Below the pieces are notes generated by a model. That model was given only the letters and a program-made list of their open reading frames with translations. It had not been told where the DNA came from and ran no database searches. Shown piece after piece: positions 49,211 through 58,143 of a stretch of 64,000 nt of DNA. How positions within the stretch are numbered: position 1 is the stretch's first letter; the number at the start of each line of letters is the position of its first letter. Where the stretch lies: NCBI GenBank assembly GCA_050295955.1, contig JBNKQQ010000076.1, forward strand, positions 18,255 through 82,254, read 5' to 3'. Both the position numbers and the translations under genes were made by a program. The DNA comes from Thiohalomonadales bacterium (lineage in GTDB: Bacteria > Pseudomonadota > Gammaproteobacteria > RBG-16-57-12).

Positions 49211-49477
49211 TATCACTCCAGAACACCCCAATCGAGGTGATCAAAGCTAAGTGGTTATTTATTTTTGTTTTTTTCCTCGAGAGTGCGCTGTTTCAGCTGG
49301 GGATTATTGCGACACTTGAATGGTGAGGATATTCCAATAAATCGTCATTTCCAGGTTAAACATGAGCTTATTATAAGCACATATAAGAAAATAAATTAAA
49401 ATACAAATGATAATGATTCGTACTTATTGTCATGATACAGTCAGGTTCAGTATCGACACAGAAAAATGGGGTAAATA

Positions 49478-50779
49478 ATGAAATTTATTAAAAATATATT
49501 ATTAATCAGTGGATTGTTTGTTGGTGGAAATGTGTTGGCTGGTGAGTTGACGGCACAGCAGAAGCTTGGCATGAAGTTGTATCAGGATGTGAATCTTTCT
49601 CTGAAGCGTAACCAGTCTTGTGAGAGCTGTCATACCTTGGCGCGTTTGAAGGTGCCCGAGGAGACCCCTTCTGGGGTTGTGAGAATGAAGAAGCAACCGG
49701 CCCCCAGTTTCGTGGATCCTGCCAGTGTACAGCAGGGGGCGGCGGTATCTAATGGTTCTGTGGCCAGAATGTTTGGCAGTTTGAATGCCCCAAGTGCAGC
49801 TTATGCCGCGTTTAGCCCTGCGTTTCATTGGGATGGTGAGTTATTTATCGGCGGGCAATTTTGGAATGGGCGGGCTAGTGACTTGGTGGCGCAGGCCAAG
49901 GGCCCATTCTTAAATCCAGCAGAGATGGCGATGCCGTCAGAGTGGTCGGTGGTTGAACGCTTGAAAGAGGATAAGCGCTATCAGCAGTTATTTAAGTCGG
50001 TCTACCAGATAGACCTAAAGTCGATCCAACAGGGTGAGGCCGCCGTGGAAATTGCCTATCAGGCAATAGCAGAGGCAATTGCCGCTTTCGAGATGAGCCC
50101 GATGTTTCGTCGTTTTGATTCCAAGTTTGATTTTGAGGCGGTGGGGATGACCCGCTATACCCTATCAGAACAGCGGGGGGCGGATCTGTTTGATGGTGCC
50201 GCCATGTGTGGTGAGTGCCATGTTACTGATGGGATTGATGGTGAGGGGACTCCCGCACTGCTAACCGATTTTAGTTACGACAATTTAGGGGTACCGGCCA
50301 ATCCGCTTATTCCGGGGAATCCATCCGCTGATCCGGGTCTGCTGGGTAACCCCAACCTTGAAGCGGTGCGTGGTGAGCCCAGCGCGATAGATGAGGTGGA
50401 AGGACGTCATAAGGTGATGTCGCTGCGTAATATTGCACTGACGCCTCCCTATATGCATAACGGTGGATTCCAAACACTGGAGGAGGTGGTGCACTTCTAC
50501 AACACCCGTGATGTGTTGGCCAGATGTGAGAACCCGGCAGATGCAACGAATCCAGGCTTTGGTATAACCTGTTGGCCGGAAGGGGAGTTTCATCATAGCC
50601 GTAATGTGGATGAGCTGGGCAATCTTGGGCTGACCGAGCAAGATGAGATGGATATAGTGGCCTATCTGAAGACCTTTACCGATAATTACCCCCAATGGGG
50701 CAACAGTAATGGCCTGAGTGATCCCGCTGTGCCGGAGGGAACGCCTTCACCTTTTGAGGGATATTCTGTTTCTCACTAA
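49478..50779 (+). CDS. Bacterial di-haem cytochrome c peroxidase (CCP/MauG family).
   Basis: CESCHT and CGECHV haem motifs, plus FWDGR, GPFLNPAEM and LRNIALTPPYMHNGGFQTLEEVV signatures. Confidence 0.85.
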   Translation: MKFIKNILLISGLFVGGNVLAGELTAQQKLGMKLYQDVNLSLKRNQSCESCHTLARLKVPEETPSGVVRMKKQPAPSFVDPASVQQGAAVSNGSVARMFGSLNAPSAAYAAFSPAFHWDGELFIGGQFWNGRASDLVAQAKGPFLNPAEMAMPSEWSVVERLKEDKRYQQLFKSVYQIDLKSIQQGEAAVEIAYQAIAEAIAAFEMSPMFRRFDSKFDFEAVGMTRYTLSEQRGADLFDGAAMCGECHVTDGIDGEGTPALLTDFSYDNLGVPANPLIPGNPSADPGLLGNPNLEAVRGEPSAIDEVEGRHKVMSLRNIALTPPYMHNGGFQTLEEVVHFYNTRDVLARCENPADATNPGFGITCWPEGEFHHSRNVDELGNLGLTEQDEMDIVAYLKTFTDNYPQWGNSNGLSDPAVPEGTPSPFEGYSVSH

Positions 50780-50785
50780 GGTGGA

Positions 50786-51304
50786 TTACCAATCTACCTC
50801 GGCGATCAATACACCATCACGTACCGTGATAGATTGTAGACTCCGCTTGGTCATACGGTCGCGAAAGCGCTTATCGTCCAGTCGGTAGACGACAACCTTG
50901 GGGAGGGACTGGGCAATCAACTGGGCTGCCAAGTCATGTAACAGTTGATTTAGTTCCTCCCCTGCCCCTTTAATTGCTAACTGCTGTAACCGTAGTTGGC
51001 GTAGTTCGAATTCCCCACGTTCGGCTACATAGTGCAGCTCACCTTCTAGTTGAGCCACGCCTTCACTCATGGTCTGGTTGGGGAAATAGGCGGATACCTG
51101 ACTTTTCAGAGAGAGCCGTTGTTGGGAAGTAATGGCCAGTTCGGGGTCGCTCAGGCGAAGTTTGGCGAACAGGGTTTGTTTTTCAATAGGGAATTGCTGT
51201 TCTGCCATCTGCTGCATCTGCTGTGGGGTGATCTCCACCTCAAAGCCTGCTTGTAGATGGGTTGAAAAAAGGAGTGTAGTGATGAATCCGATTATTTTAA
51301 ACAT
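50786..51304 (-). CDS. Periplasmic protein, possibly a DUF1439-like lipoprotein.
   Basis: I chose the start at MFKIIGF.. to avoid a 58-nt overlap with the upstream gene. It has a signal peptide. The family assignment is tentative. Confidence 0.35.
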   Translation of the reverse strand: MFKIIGFITTLLFSTHLQAGFEVEITPQQMQQMAEQQFPIEKQTLFAKLRLSDPELAITSQQRLSLKSQVSAYFPNQTMSEGVAQLEGELHYVAERGEFELRQLRLQQLAIKGAGEELNQLLHDLAAQLIAQSLPKVVVYRLDDKRFRDRMTKRSLQSITVRDGVLIAEVDW

Positions 51305-52478
51305 ATTGTCCCGCACACCAGCCTGAAGCCCAGGCCCATTGTAGATTGTAGCCACCTAACCAGCCGGTGACATCCAGCACCTCTCCGATAAAGTAGAGCC
51401 CTTTTACCTGTTTGGCCTCCAGGGTTTTGGAGGAGATAGCACCGGTATCAACACCGCCTAAGGTTACCTCTGCAGTTCGATAGCCTTCAGTACCATTGGG
51501 CTTGATCTGCCATTTTTGAATTGCTGTCGCAATGGTTTCAAACTGTTCAAAACGACTGTTGGCCAGGGGTTGTTCCAGCAGTCTCTCCTCTATGAAGGCT
51601 TGGATTAAGCGCTTGGGAAGCAGTTGCTGCAGCACGGTCTTAATCTGTTGTTGGGGACGCTCTTTTTGCGCTTCTTTGAGATGCTCTAGTAGCGAGAGAT
51701 CAGGTAGCAGATTTATCTCGATTGCTTCACCGGGCTGCCAGTAGTTGGAGATCTGCAAAATAGCAGGGCCACTGAGACCTCGATGGGTAAAGAGGACATT
51801 TTCACGGAAGCGAGTCCGTGGATTGCTGACAACGCTGTTGATGGCAATCCCTGAGAGTGGAGCAAAGCGCTGTTTGTCTGCTGGTTGCAGGGTAAAGGGT
51901 ACCAGCCCTGCGGCAGTGGGCTTGACGGTAATGCCAAACTGCTGGGCAATCTGATAGCCAAAAGAGCTGGAACCCATGGTGGGGATGGAGAGGCCTCCGG
52001 TAGCCACTACCAGGGATTGGCAATGGAACTGTCCACGACTGCTGTGTAGACGGAAGTGGTGGTCAGCTTGCTGTTCTATTCGGTCAATATGGCTGTTGAG
52101 ACGAATCTCGACATTGGCATTGCGGCACTCAGCCAGCAACATGTCAAGAATGTCCTTGGCGCTGTCATCGCAAAACAGTTGTCCGTGATCCCTTTCATGA
52201 AAGGGGATCTGGTAATTGTGGACCATGGCCAGAAAGTCCCACTGGGTAAAACGGGAGAGGGCTGACTTGCAGAAGTGGGGGTTATCAGAGAGATAGTTGT
52301 CAGCACTGATATCGTAGTTAGTGAAGTTACAACGCCCACCGCCAGACATGCGGATCTTATTGCCTGGCTTTTTGGATTGATCAAGGATAAGGGTGCTACG
52401 CCCACGCTTACCCGCCTCAATGGCGCACATCAGCCCGGAGGCTCCGGCACCGACGATGATGACATCCCACTTTTCCAT
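51297..52478 (-). CDS. HI0933/YhiN/BaiN-family NAD(P)/FAD-dependent oxidoreductase.
   Basis: Start at MEKWDVIIVGAGASGLM (GxGxxG FAD fold). RMSGGGRCNFTN is the family signature. Confidence 0.75.
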   Translation of the reverse strand: MEKWDVIIVGAGASGLMCAIEAGKRGRSTLILDQSKKPGNKIRMSGGGRCNFTNYDISADNYLSDNPHFCKSALSRFTQWDFLAMVHNYQIPFHERDHGQLFCDDSAKDILDMLLAECRNANVEIRLNSHIDRIEQQADHHFRLHSSRGQFHCQSLVVATGGLSIPTMGSSSFGYQIAQQFGITVKPTAAGLVPFTLQPADKQRFAPLSGIAINSVVSNPRTRFRENVLFTHRGLSGPAILQISNYWQPGEAIEINLLPDLSLLEHLKEAQKERPQQQIKTVLQQLLPKRLIQAFIEERLLEQPLANSRFEQFETIATAIQKWQIKPNGTEGYRTAEVTLGGVDTGAISSKTLEAKQVKGLYFIGEVLDVTGWLGGYNLQWAWASGWCAGQYV

Positions 52479-53149
52479 TACCAGAGTTGATTGATGATCA
52501 GTTCGGGAAGCTGCGTGATGCTGCCACCACCTTGTTCCCAACCTTGAAGTAGCAGACGTTGGCGCTGTGCGAGAATGGAGGCCTCTGGGTACTCAGTAAG
52601 GCTGAAGATTGTTTGTTGAATGGCGCCCAAATGCTCTGGACTCAGCTCTTGTTTGGCCAGGAAGTAACCCGCATAGAAGTCAGCAATTGCTACTTGAGCT
52701 GGATTGGGATCCAGGCCAGCCAACGGTGTTTGGTAATCGGTGTGTAACTTAATGTGATGGCCGACTTGGCGGGCCATCAATGCATAGGCGATGACCTCTC
52801 CCTGTGCCTGTTCCAGCTGCTCCATGAATAGTGGGTTATAACTGATATAAGGGGCAGTAACGGGCTCTTTTTTCCAGCTGACGTAGGGGTGCTGTTTCAT
52901 CCCTACCAGTTTGCTCCAAGCCGCCAGAGAGGGGATGGAGGTGGCGCGGCAAAGGGTAATCTTTTCGCCTTGATAGTTTAATTGCTGTGTCACGTAATCC
53001 AGCACTTTTTGGGCATGACTGGATGCCGGAGCACAGATGGAGAAGGGCTGGATTGAGTCGAAGATCTCTTTTTCATCTGTTTCGCTGGCCTCCAGGGCTG
53101 CACTGCAGGCGAGCATGAGCAGAGCGAAAAACCACTGTCTTTGTATCAT
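52478..53149 (-). CDS. Secreted hypothetical protein.
   Basis: Signal peptide MIQRQWFFALLMLACSAALEA. No recognisable motif. Its stop overlaps the start of the downstream gene. Confidence 0.35.
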   Translation of the reverse strand: MIQRQWFFALLMLACSAALEASETDEKEIFDSIQPFSICAPASSHAQKVLDYVTQQLNYQGEKITLCRATSIPSLAAWSKLVGMKQHPYVSWKKEPVTAPYISYNPLFMEQLEQAQGEVIAYALMARQVGHHIKLHTDYQTPLAGLDPNPAQVAIADFYAGYFLAKQELSPEHLGAIQQTIFSLTEYPEASILAQRQRLLLQGWEQGGGSITQLPELIINQLW

Positions 53150-53240
53150 GATCTATTCCGGTAATAATCGGGTTTTAGAGCGAGTTTACCATCAGTTGTG
53201 GTGTGACAAAACACGCCCTTATCCATGTGACTGATCAAAT

Positions 53241-53918
53241 CTAGATTTCAATCTGCTTACGCAAGGCGGCGGCATCGCAAATCTCGATATGGCTTCCCTG
53301 GCTGATGATGAATCCCTCTTTACTTAGTTTGCTTAAGGTGCGTGAGAGGGTCTCTGGCTTGATGGATAGCTTGGAAGCCAGCATCTGTTTACTGATGCTG
53401 AGTTGTAGACGGTGGCTCCCTTCAGGTTGCTGGCTGAGGTTCTCCAGCAAGTAGTGGATCACGCGTTCATTGGCGTTTTGTAGGGTGAGGCGGTCAATTT
53501 CCTGGATATGTTGATGCAGGCGTTGGCTCATGCTGGCCATCATATTAAAGCAAGTTTCGCTTGAGTGGCGCAGCAGATTGAGAAACTGTTGATTGTTAAA
53601 GCGCCACACTTCACCGTCCTGTATTACCTGTGCACTGACTGGGTAGTGCGCCTGTTGCTGTTCACGAAACATGATGGCTTCGGCAAAGGTCTCTCCAGGG
53701 TGGATGATTTCAATAATCTTCTCATCTCCATTGGGCGCCATGCGATAGAGTTTTACCATGCCCGACTCAAGCCAATAGAAGTGGCTGGCAGCATCGCCCT
53801 GAACGAATAGTGTTTCCCCATGGCTCAGGGCGATATGTTGGGCATGCTGTATTAGTCCATTTAATGCGTCGTTGCTTAGGCTGGAGAAGAGTGAGTTTTT
53901 ACGAAGGCATGTCATCAT
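53241..53918 (-). CDS. Crp/Fnr-family transcriptional regulator.
   Basis: N-terminal cNMP-binding beta-barrel and a C-terminal HTH (ETLSRTLSKLSKEGFI). Confidence 0.8.
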   Translation of the reverse strand: MMTCLRKNSLFSSLSNDALNGLIQHAQHIALSHGETLFVQGDAASHFYWLESGMVKLYRMAPNGDEKIIEIIHPGETFAEAIMFREQQQAHYPVSAQVIQDGEVWRFNNQQFLNLLRHSSETCFNMMASMSQRLHQHIQEIDRLTLQNANERVIHYLLENLSQQPEGSHRLQLSISKQMLASKLSIKPETLSRTLSKLSKEGFIISQGSHIEICDAAALRKQIEI

Positions 53919-54073
53919 TTCGTTGCTTTACTTCTGAATAATCGAGTCGCTTTAATGTATCTCATCCTAGCTTATTGATTCTACAGGTGATAGCTTACTT
54001 AAATGTCGGCATTGGGGTATACCCATGGTCGGGAAAGATTGGAAATTATTGCATAGGTGAACGAGGGAGTATT

Positions 54074-54697
54074 GTGAAAAGGTGGGTATTGGCTCCATTA
54101 TTATTTGGCGTGGTGACGCTAAGCTACGGGCAGACAGATTTACTGTATGTGGGAGGTGGCCTGGGTAATAGTAAGCTGAAAGAGGGGAGTGCCGCTGGAA
54201 TCATGGAGGATGGCTCCTTTAGTGCATTTAAGAGTGATAATCGGGATGCCTATTATGAGTTGGCGCTGGGGCTGCGTTTTAACAAGCACCTCTATGCTGA
54301 GCTGGGTTATCAGACAATGGGACATTTTTCTGCAACTGGTCGCTCGGATGGCTCTTCAGTACTGAGTGCTGGAGGATATGCGGGGGAGTTGGATATTACC
54401 CTTGCCAAGGCCTCGTTGATTTATAACATTCCGACCAATAGTAGTTATAACACTTACCTGCGTGCAGGGATGCACCACAGTAAGCTTGAGCAGACGTTAG
54501 TGGGTGTGGAGAGTGATTCAACCCGTAGTCATGGAATGCACTATGGAATCGGTATCGGTGTAGTTGTCAGCAGGGCTTGGCAGCTACAGTTGGAATATGT
54601 TCGCTATGAGAATTTAAGCTATCGTAACTTTTCTGATGGTAGTGAGGGCGATATGACGGCATCAACCCTGGGAGGGCGCTGGCTCTATCTATTTTGA
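54074..54697 (+). CDS. Outer-membrane beta-barrel protein (OmpA-like / OmpW-like barrel).
   Basis: GTG start with a GAGGGAG SD and a signal peptide. Alternating amphipathic strands and a C-terminal ...RWLYLF aromatic terminus. Confidence 0.6.
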   Translation: MKRWVLAPLLFGVVTLSYGQTDLLYVGGGLGNSKLKEGSAAGIMEDGSFSAFKSDNRDAYYELALGLRFNKHLYAELGYQTMGHFSATGRSDGSSVLSAGGYAGELDITLAKASLIYNIPTNSSYNTYLRAGMHHSKLEQTLVGVESDSTRSHGMHYGIGIGVVVSRAWQLQLEYVRYENLSYRNFSDGSEGDMTASTLGGRWLYLF

Positions 54698-55288
54698 TTT
54701 TGGGGTGTGCAGGCCGGTTTCGGTTGCAATGGCATTCATGGGCACATCCCAAGGTTCAAAGGGTAGCGTATCGACTCGTTGCAGTTCATAAGCCACGCCA
54801 ACCAAGCGTGGTTTTTTTATGCCATGAGGGCGGGTTAAAAAGGCAAAGCTGCGATCATAGTAACCTCCGCCCATACCGAGGCGATTGCCTTGATCATCAA
54901 AGGCGACCAGTGGCATCAATACCAGCTCTAGTTGCTGTGGGGCCAGCCAGGCATCGCTATGGCAATCTGGTTCAGGAATGCCGTAGCGATTGGGTATGAG
55001 GGTGTCTCCGGCTTGGTAGGGGGCAAACCACATCTGCTTCTCTTTACCTTCACTCAGTATGGGTAGGTAGCACTGCTTGCTCATAGACCAGATTCGCTGG
55101 ATAACAGGGGAGAGATCCATTTCACCATCGTTGGCCAGATAACAGGCGATATGCTGTGCTGGACGGAACAGGCGACTGTGGACGATGTGGCTGGCCAGTT
55201 GTCTGGCATAATGCTGGCGCTGTGCTGGAGTGAGAGCACGGCGCTGTTGACGAATTGCTTGGCGCAGGGTGGCACGTGAATTGTTCAT
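54689..55288 (-). CDS. ygfA: 5-formyltetrahydrofolate cyclo-ligase.
   Basis: Family signature (GMGGGYYDR). It lies immediately downstream of ssrS, as in E. coli. Confidence 0.8.
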   Translation of the reverse strand: MNNSRATLRQAIRQQRRALTPAQRQHYARQLASHIVHSRLFRPAQHIACYLANDGEMDLSPVIQRIWSMSKQCYLPILSEGKEKQMWFAPYQAGDTLIPNRYGIPEPDCHSDAWLAPQQLELVLMPLVAFDDQGNRLGMGGGYYDRSFAFLTRPHGIKKPRLVGVAYELQRVDTLPFEPWDVPMNAIATETGLHTPKSK

Positions 55289-55304
55289 GGTCTCACATGG
55301 TTCC

Positions 55305-55550
55305 CAGAGGTATTTAAGAGGCGCTCCCGCTTATGCCGTAGCAGTCTTCGACCTTGAACCATAGGTTCAAGTGGAGATCTTGACCGGCAAATTAGGCTTT
55401 CCGGCGCACGGACATGCACACATCACCGGAGGCAGATCCCGGGATTTTAAATTAGGCTCAAGAGTACCCAGAGTGCATACGAACACAGCAGGAGCGCCAA
55501 ACTGGTGTTGAATCGCTGGCAATTGTCAGCCATTCGAATTGTTCTTGTTA
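55305..55550 (-). ncRNA. ssrS: 6S RNA (ssrS). The ends are approximate, to within about 15 nt.
   Basis: The minus-strand sequence parallels E. coli 6S. Its ...TTCAACACCAGTTTGGCGCTCC... corresponds to the E. coli CAUACCACAAGAAUGUGGCGCUCC. Its central GAGCCTAATTTAAAATCC corresponds to GAGAAGCCUUAAAACUG. Its CACTTGAACCTATGGTTCAAGG corresponds to CACCUUGAACCAAGGGUUCAAGG. The 3' GGGAGCGCC is complementary to the 5' GGCGCTCC. It sits between zapA and ygfA, exactly as in enterobacteria. Confidence 0.7.
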
Positions 55551-55562
55551 GGGGGCTTAACC

Positions 55563-55877
55563 CTAGAGTTCCATCTGCTTTAGGCCATTCAGGGAGCTTT
55601 GGATACGCTCCTGCATTGCCTTAATCCTGGCGTCTGAGCTGTCATTATACCCAGATTCCTGATTTTTGCACTGTAACAATTCGTGGGCGATGTTGAGGGC
55701 TGCCATTACCGCAATACGATCGCTACCGATGACCTTGCCGGAGTTGCGAATTTTCTGCATCTCCTCATCCACATAGCGTGCGGTTGAGATAAGCCCCTCT
55801 TCTTCGCCTGCAGGACAGGCGATACGGTACTCTTTATCTTGAATTTCGATGGTGACGGGGACGGATTTACCTGACAT
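55563..55877 (-). CDS. zapA: Cell division protein ZapA.
   Basis: 104 aa. The MSGKSVPVTIEIQDKEYRIACPAGEEEGL pattern is as in ZapA. Synteny with ssrS. Confidence 0.8.
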   Translation of the reverse strand: MSGKSVPVTIEIQDKEYRIACPAGEEEGLISTARYVDEEMQKIRNSGKVIGSDRIAVMAALNIAHELLQCKNQESGYNDSSDARIKAMQERIQSSLNGLKQMEL

Positions 55878-56084
55878 CTACTCTTGCTCCAGCGCTTTCA
55901 GGCGCACAATCATTGCCTCTACACGGGCACAGGCCAGTTCATTCTTCTCGATCAGCTTGGCGCGCTCGGTCAGTAGCTGTCCTTGGCGTTCACGCAGTAG
56001 CTTATTCTCCTGCTTCAAATGTTCACAGGCCTGTAGTAGATCATCTACCAGGTATTCGAGTTTTTTGACCTCTTGCTCAGACAT
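55878..56084 (-). CDS. Small coiled-coil protein (TIGR02449-like, ZapA-associated).
   Basis: 68 aa, all heptad coiled coil. It is translationally coupled to zapA, with the stop abutting the zapA start. Confidence 0.45.
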   Translation of the reverse strand: MSEQEVKKLEYLVDDLLQACEHLKQENKLLRERQGQLLTERAKLIEKNELACARVEAMIVRLKALEQE

Positions 56085-56248
56085 CGTTTCACTATTCCTA
56101 TATAAGCCGACAATATTAGAGCGGCAGACCTAATCGGTCAATTTTAGTTCGGCAGGCGTTGTTATATCTTGAAGGCGATGGGATGGCTACTGAGGTAGCT
56201 GAAAGCATGATAGACTTGCCGCTTTATTGAATTTTATAAATTGAAGCT

Positions 56249-56815
56249 ATGAGCCAAGAGACTCCTGATTTTGACAGTGTTAACCAGGCACTGACGCGCC
56301 TTAATGCCGATATTGAGGCGGCGGAATTGCACGGTACCCTGAGTGGGTTGCTGTGTGTGATGGGCAATAATGCCAGCAAGCACCTGGATCAGCTGATTCC
56401 CAAAGGAGCTAAAGGGGATGCTTTGGATAAAGAGGCCTACGATGTGGTGGCAAACTGTCCGGTTCAGATTCTAGGTGAGCTGAATGATCCTGAGTTTGGC
56501 TATGAATTGCTATTGCCAGATGATGAGGAAGGGTTGGATGTGCGAACTGAAGCGTTGGCGGAGTGGAGTCACGGATTTCTTGCCGGCCTAGCGATCGCCG
56601 GTATTGAGGATTTCTCCAAATTACCCCAGGAAGCCAGCGAGTTTTGTCAGGATCTGGGGGAGATTTCCCGGGCTGGCTTAAGTGATATGGCATTCGGTGA
56701 AGAGGATGAAGTGGCCTACGAAGAGTTGGCTGAATATCTGCGGGTTGGCGTGTTGTTGATGTATGAAATGCTTAACCCTAGTAGTCCGGCATCACCATCG
56801 GGGCAGGTTCATTAA
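56249..56815 (+). CDS. ygfB: UPF0149-family protein YgfB.
   Basis: 188 aa and acidic. It sits directly upstream of pepP-ubiH-ubiI, as in E. coli. Confidence 0.65.
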   Translation: MSQETPDFDSVNQALTRLNADIEAAELHGTLSGLLCVMGNNASKHLDQLIPKGAKGDALDKEAYDVVANCPVQILGELNDPEFGYELLLPDDEEGLDVRTEALAEWSHGFLAGLAIAGIEDFSKLPQEASEFCQDLGEISRAGLSDMAFGEEDEVAYEELAEYLRVGVLLMYEMLNPSSPASPSGQVH

Positions 56816-56837
56816 ACACATTTAAAGAGGTAGTGAG

Positions 56838-58142
56838 ATGATCAATCCGCGAGAATTTCCCAAACGTCGAAAAGAGCTGATGCGCATGATGGGGGACCAG
56901 ACCATCGCCATTCTGCCTACCGCCAGGGAAAAGGTGCGTAACCGTGATGCGGATTATCCCTATCGAGCGGATAGTGATTTCTACTACCTGACCGGTTTTC
57001 CTGAGCCAGAAGCGGTGATGGTGTTGCTGCCGGGTCGTGAGAACGGCGAATTTATCATGTTTTGTCGCGAGCGGGATCCAGAGCAGGAGACCTGGCATGG
57101 TCGCCGTGCAGGACTGGAAGGGGCCTGTGAATGTTACGGTGCCGACGACGCCTTTCCCATTACTGATATTGATGACATCCTGCCTGGTCTGATCGAAAAC
57201 TGTGACAAGGTCTACTACACCTTCGGTAACGATAGCGAGTTTGATCAGAAGATTACCAGTATGGTGCATACTCTTCGCAACATGAGTCGCGCCGGTACTC
57301 ACAGCCCCCATGAATTTGTGGCGTTGGATCACCTGCTCCATGATATGCGTCTCTATAAGAGTCGTAGTGAGCAGAAGGTGATGCGCGAGGCTGGTCGTAT
57401 TTCTGCTGCAGCTCACGTCCGGGCCATGCAGTTGTGCCATCCTGGCATGGCAGAGTATCAGCTTGAAGCGGAATTTCTCTACCAATTCCGCCGACACAAT
57501 GGCCACCCCGCCTATACTACGATTGTGGGTGGCGGTGAAAACGGCTGTATTTTGCACTACACCGAGAATGATGCTGAACTGAAGGGTGGGGATCTGGTAT
57601 TGATCGATGCGGGTTGTGAGATCGATAACTACGCTTCTGATATTACCCGTACCTTCCCGGTCAATGGTCAGTTCAGTGAGGCGCAACGTGCCGTCTATCA
57701 AGTCGTGCTGGATGCCCAATACGCGGCGATTGAACAAGTTAAGCCGGGCAACCATTGGGATGATCCTCACCAGGCTGCTGTGAAGGTGCTAACCAAAGGT
57801 TTGGTGAAGTTGGGACTTCTGAAGGGCACGGTGAGTAAGTTGATCAAAGATCAGGCCTATCGACGCTTCTACATGCACCGTACCGGTCACTGGATCGGTA
57901 TGGATGTTCATGATGTAGGCGACTACAAGGTGGGTGATCAGTGGCGAGTATTGGAGCCGGGCATGGTGCTGACTATCGAGCCAGGGCTCTACATTGGTAA
58001 CGACCGAGATATTCCCAAGGCCTATCGTAATATTGGCATTCGTATCGAGGATGATGTGCTGGTGACCAAAGAGGGGTATGAGATCCTTACCGACGGTGTA
58101 CCCAAAGAGATTGATGATATCGAGCAACTGATGGCGGGGTGA
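56838..58142 (+). CDS. pepP: Xaa-Pro aminopeptidase.
   Basis: M24B pita-bread metal ligands (DAGCEIDNYASDITRT, HWIGMDVHD, the EPG..IED region). 434 aa. Confidence 0.9.
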   Translation: MINPREFPKRRKELMRMMGDQTIAILPTAREKVRNRDADYPYRADSDFYYLTGFPEPEAVMVLLPGRENGEFIMFCRERDPEQETWHGRRAGLEGACECYGADDAFPITDIDDILPGLIENCDKVYYTFGNDSEFDQKITSMVHTLRNMSRAGTHSPHEFVALDHLLHDMRLYKSRSEQKVMREAGRISAAAHVRAMQLCHPGMAEYQLEAEFLYQFRRHNGHPAYTTIVGGGENGCILHYTENDAELKGGDLVLIDAGCEIDNYASDITRTFPVNGQFSEAQRAVYQVVLDAQYAAIEQVKPGNHWDDPHQAAVKVLTKGLVKLGLLKGTVSKLIKDQAYRRFYMHRTGHWIGMDVHDVGDYKVGDQWRVLEPGMVLTIEPGLYIGNDRDIPKAYRNIGIRIEDDVLVTKEGYEILTDGVPKEIDDIEQLMAG

Positions 58143-58143
58143 T

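Noticed and set aside
49400-49440. A Fur box upstream of the cytochrome c peroxidase gene.
   Set aside because: Only the 5' half (GATAATGAT) matches. The 3' half and the overall dyad symmetry are poor. I keep it only as a low-confidence note inside a finding.
55320-55545. 6S RNA encoded on the plus strand. The GACCTTGAACCATAGGTTCAAGTGG hairpin reads similarly on both strands.
   Set aside because: Only the minus-strand reading gives the E. coli-like order of 5' GGCGCUCC ... central AAGCCUAAUUUAAAA ... 3' closing GGGAGCGCC. Only that strand matches the zapA then ssrS then ygfA co-orientation.
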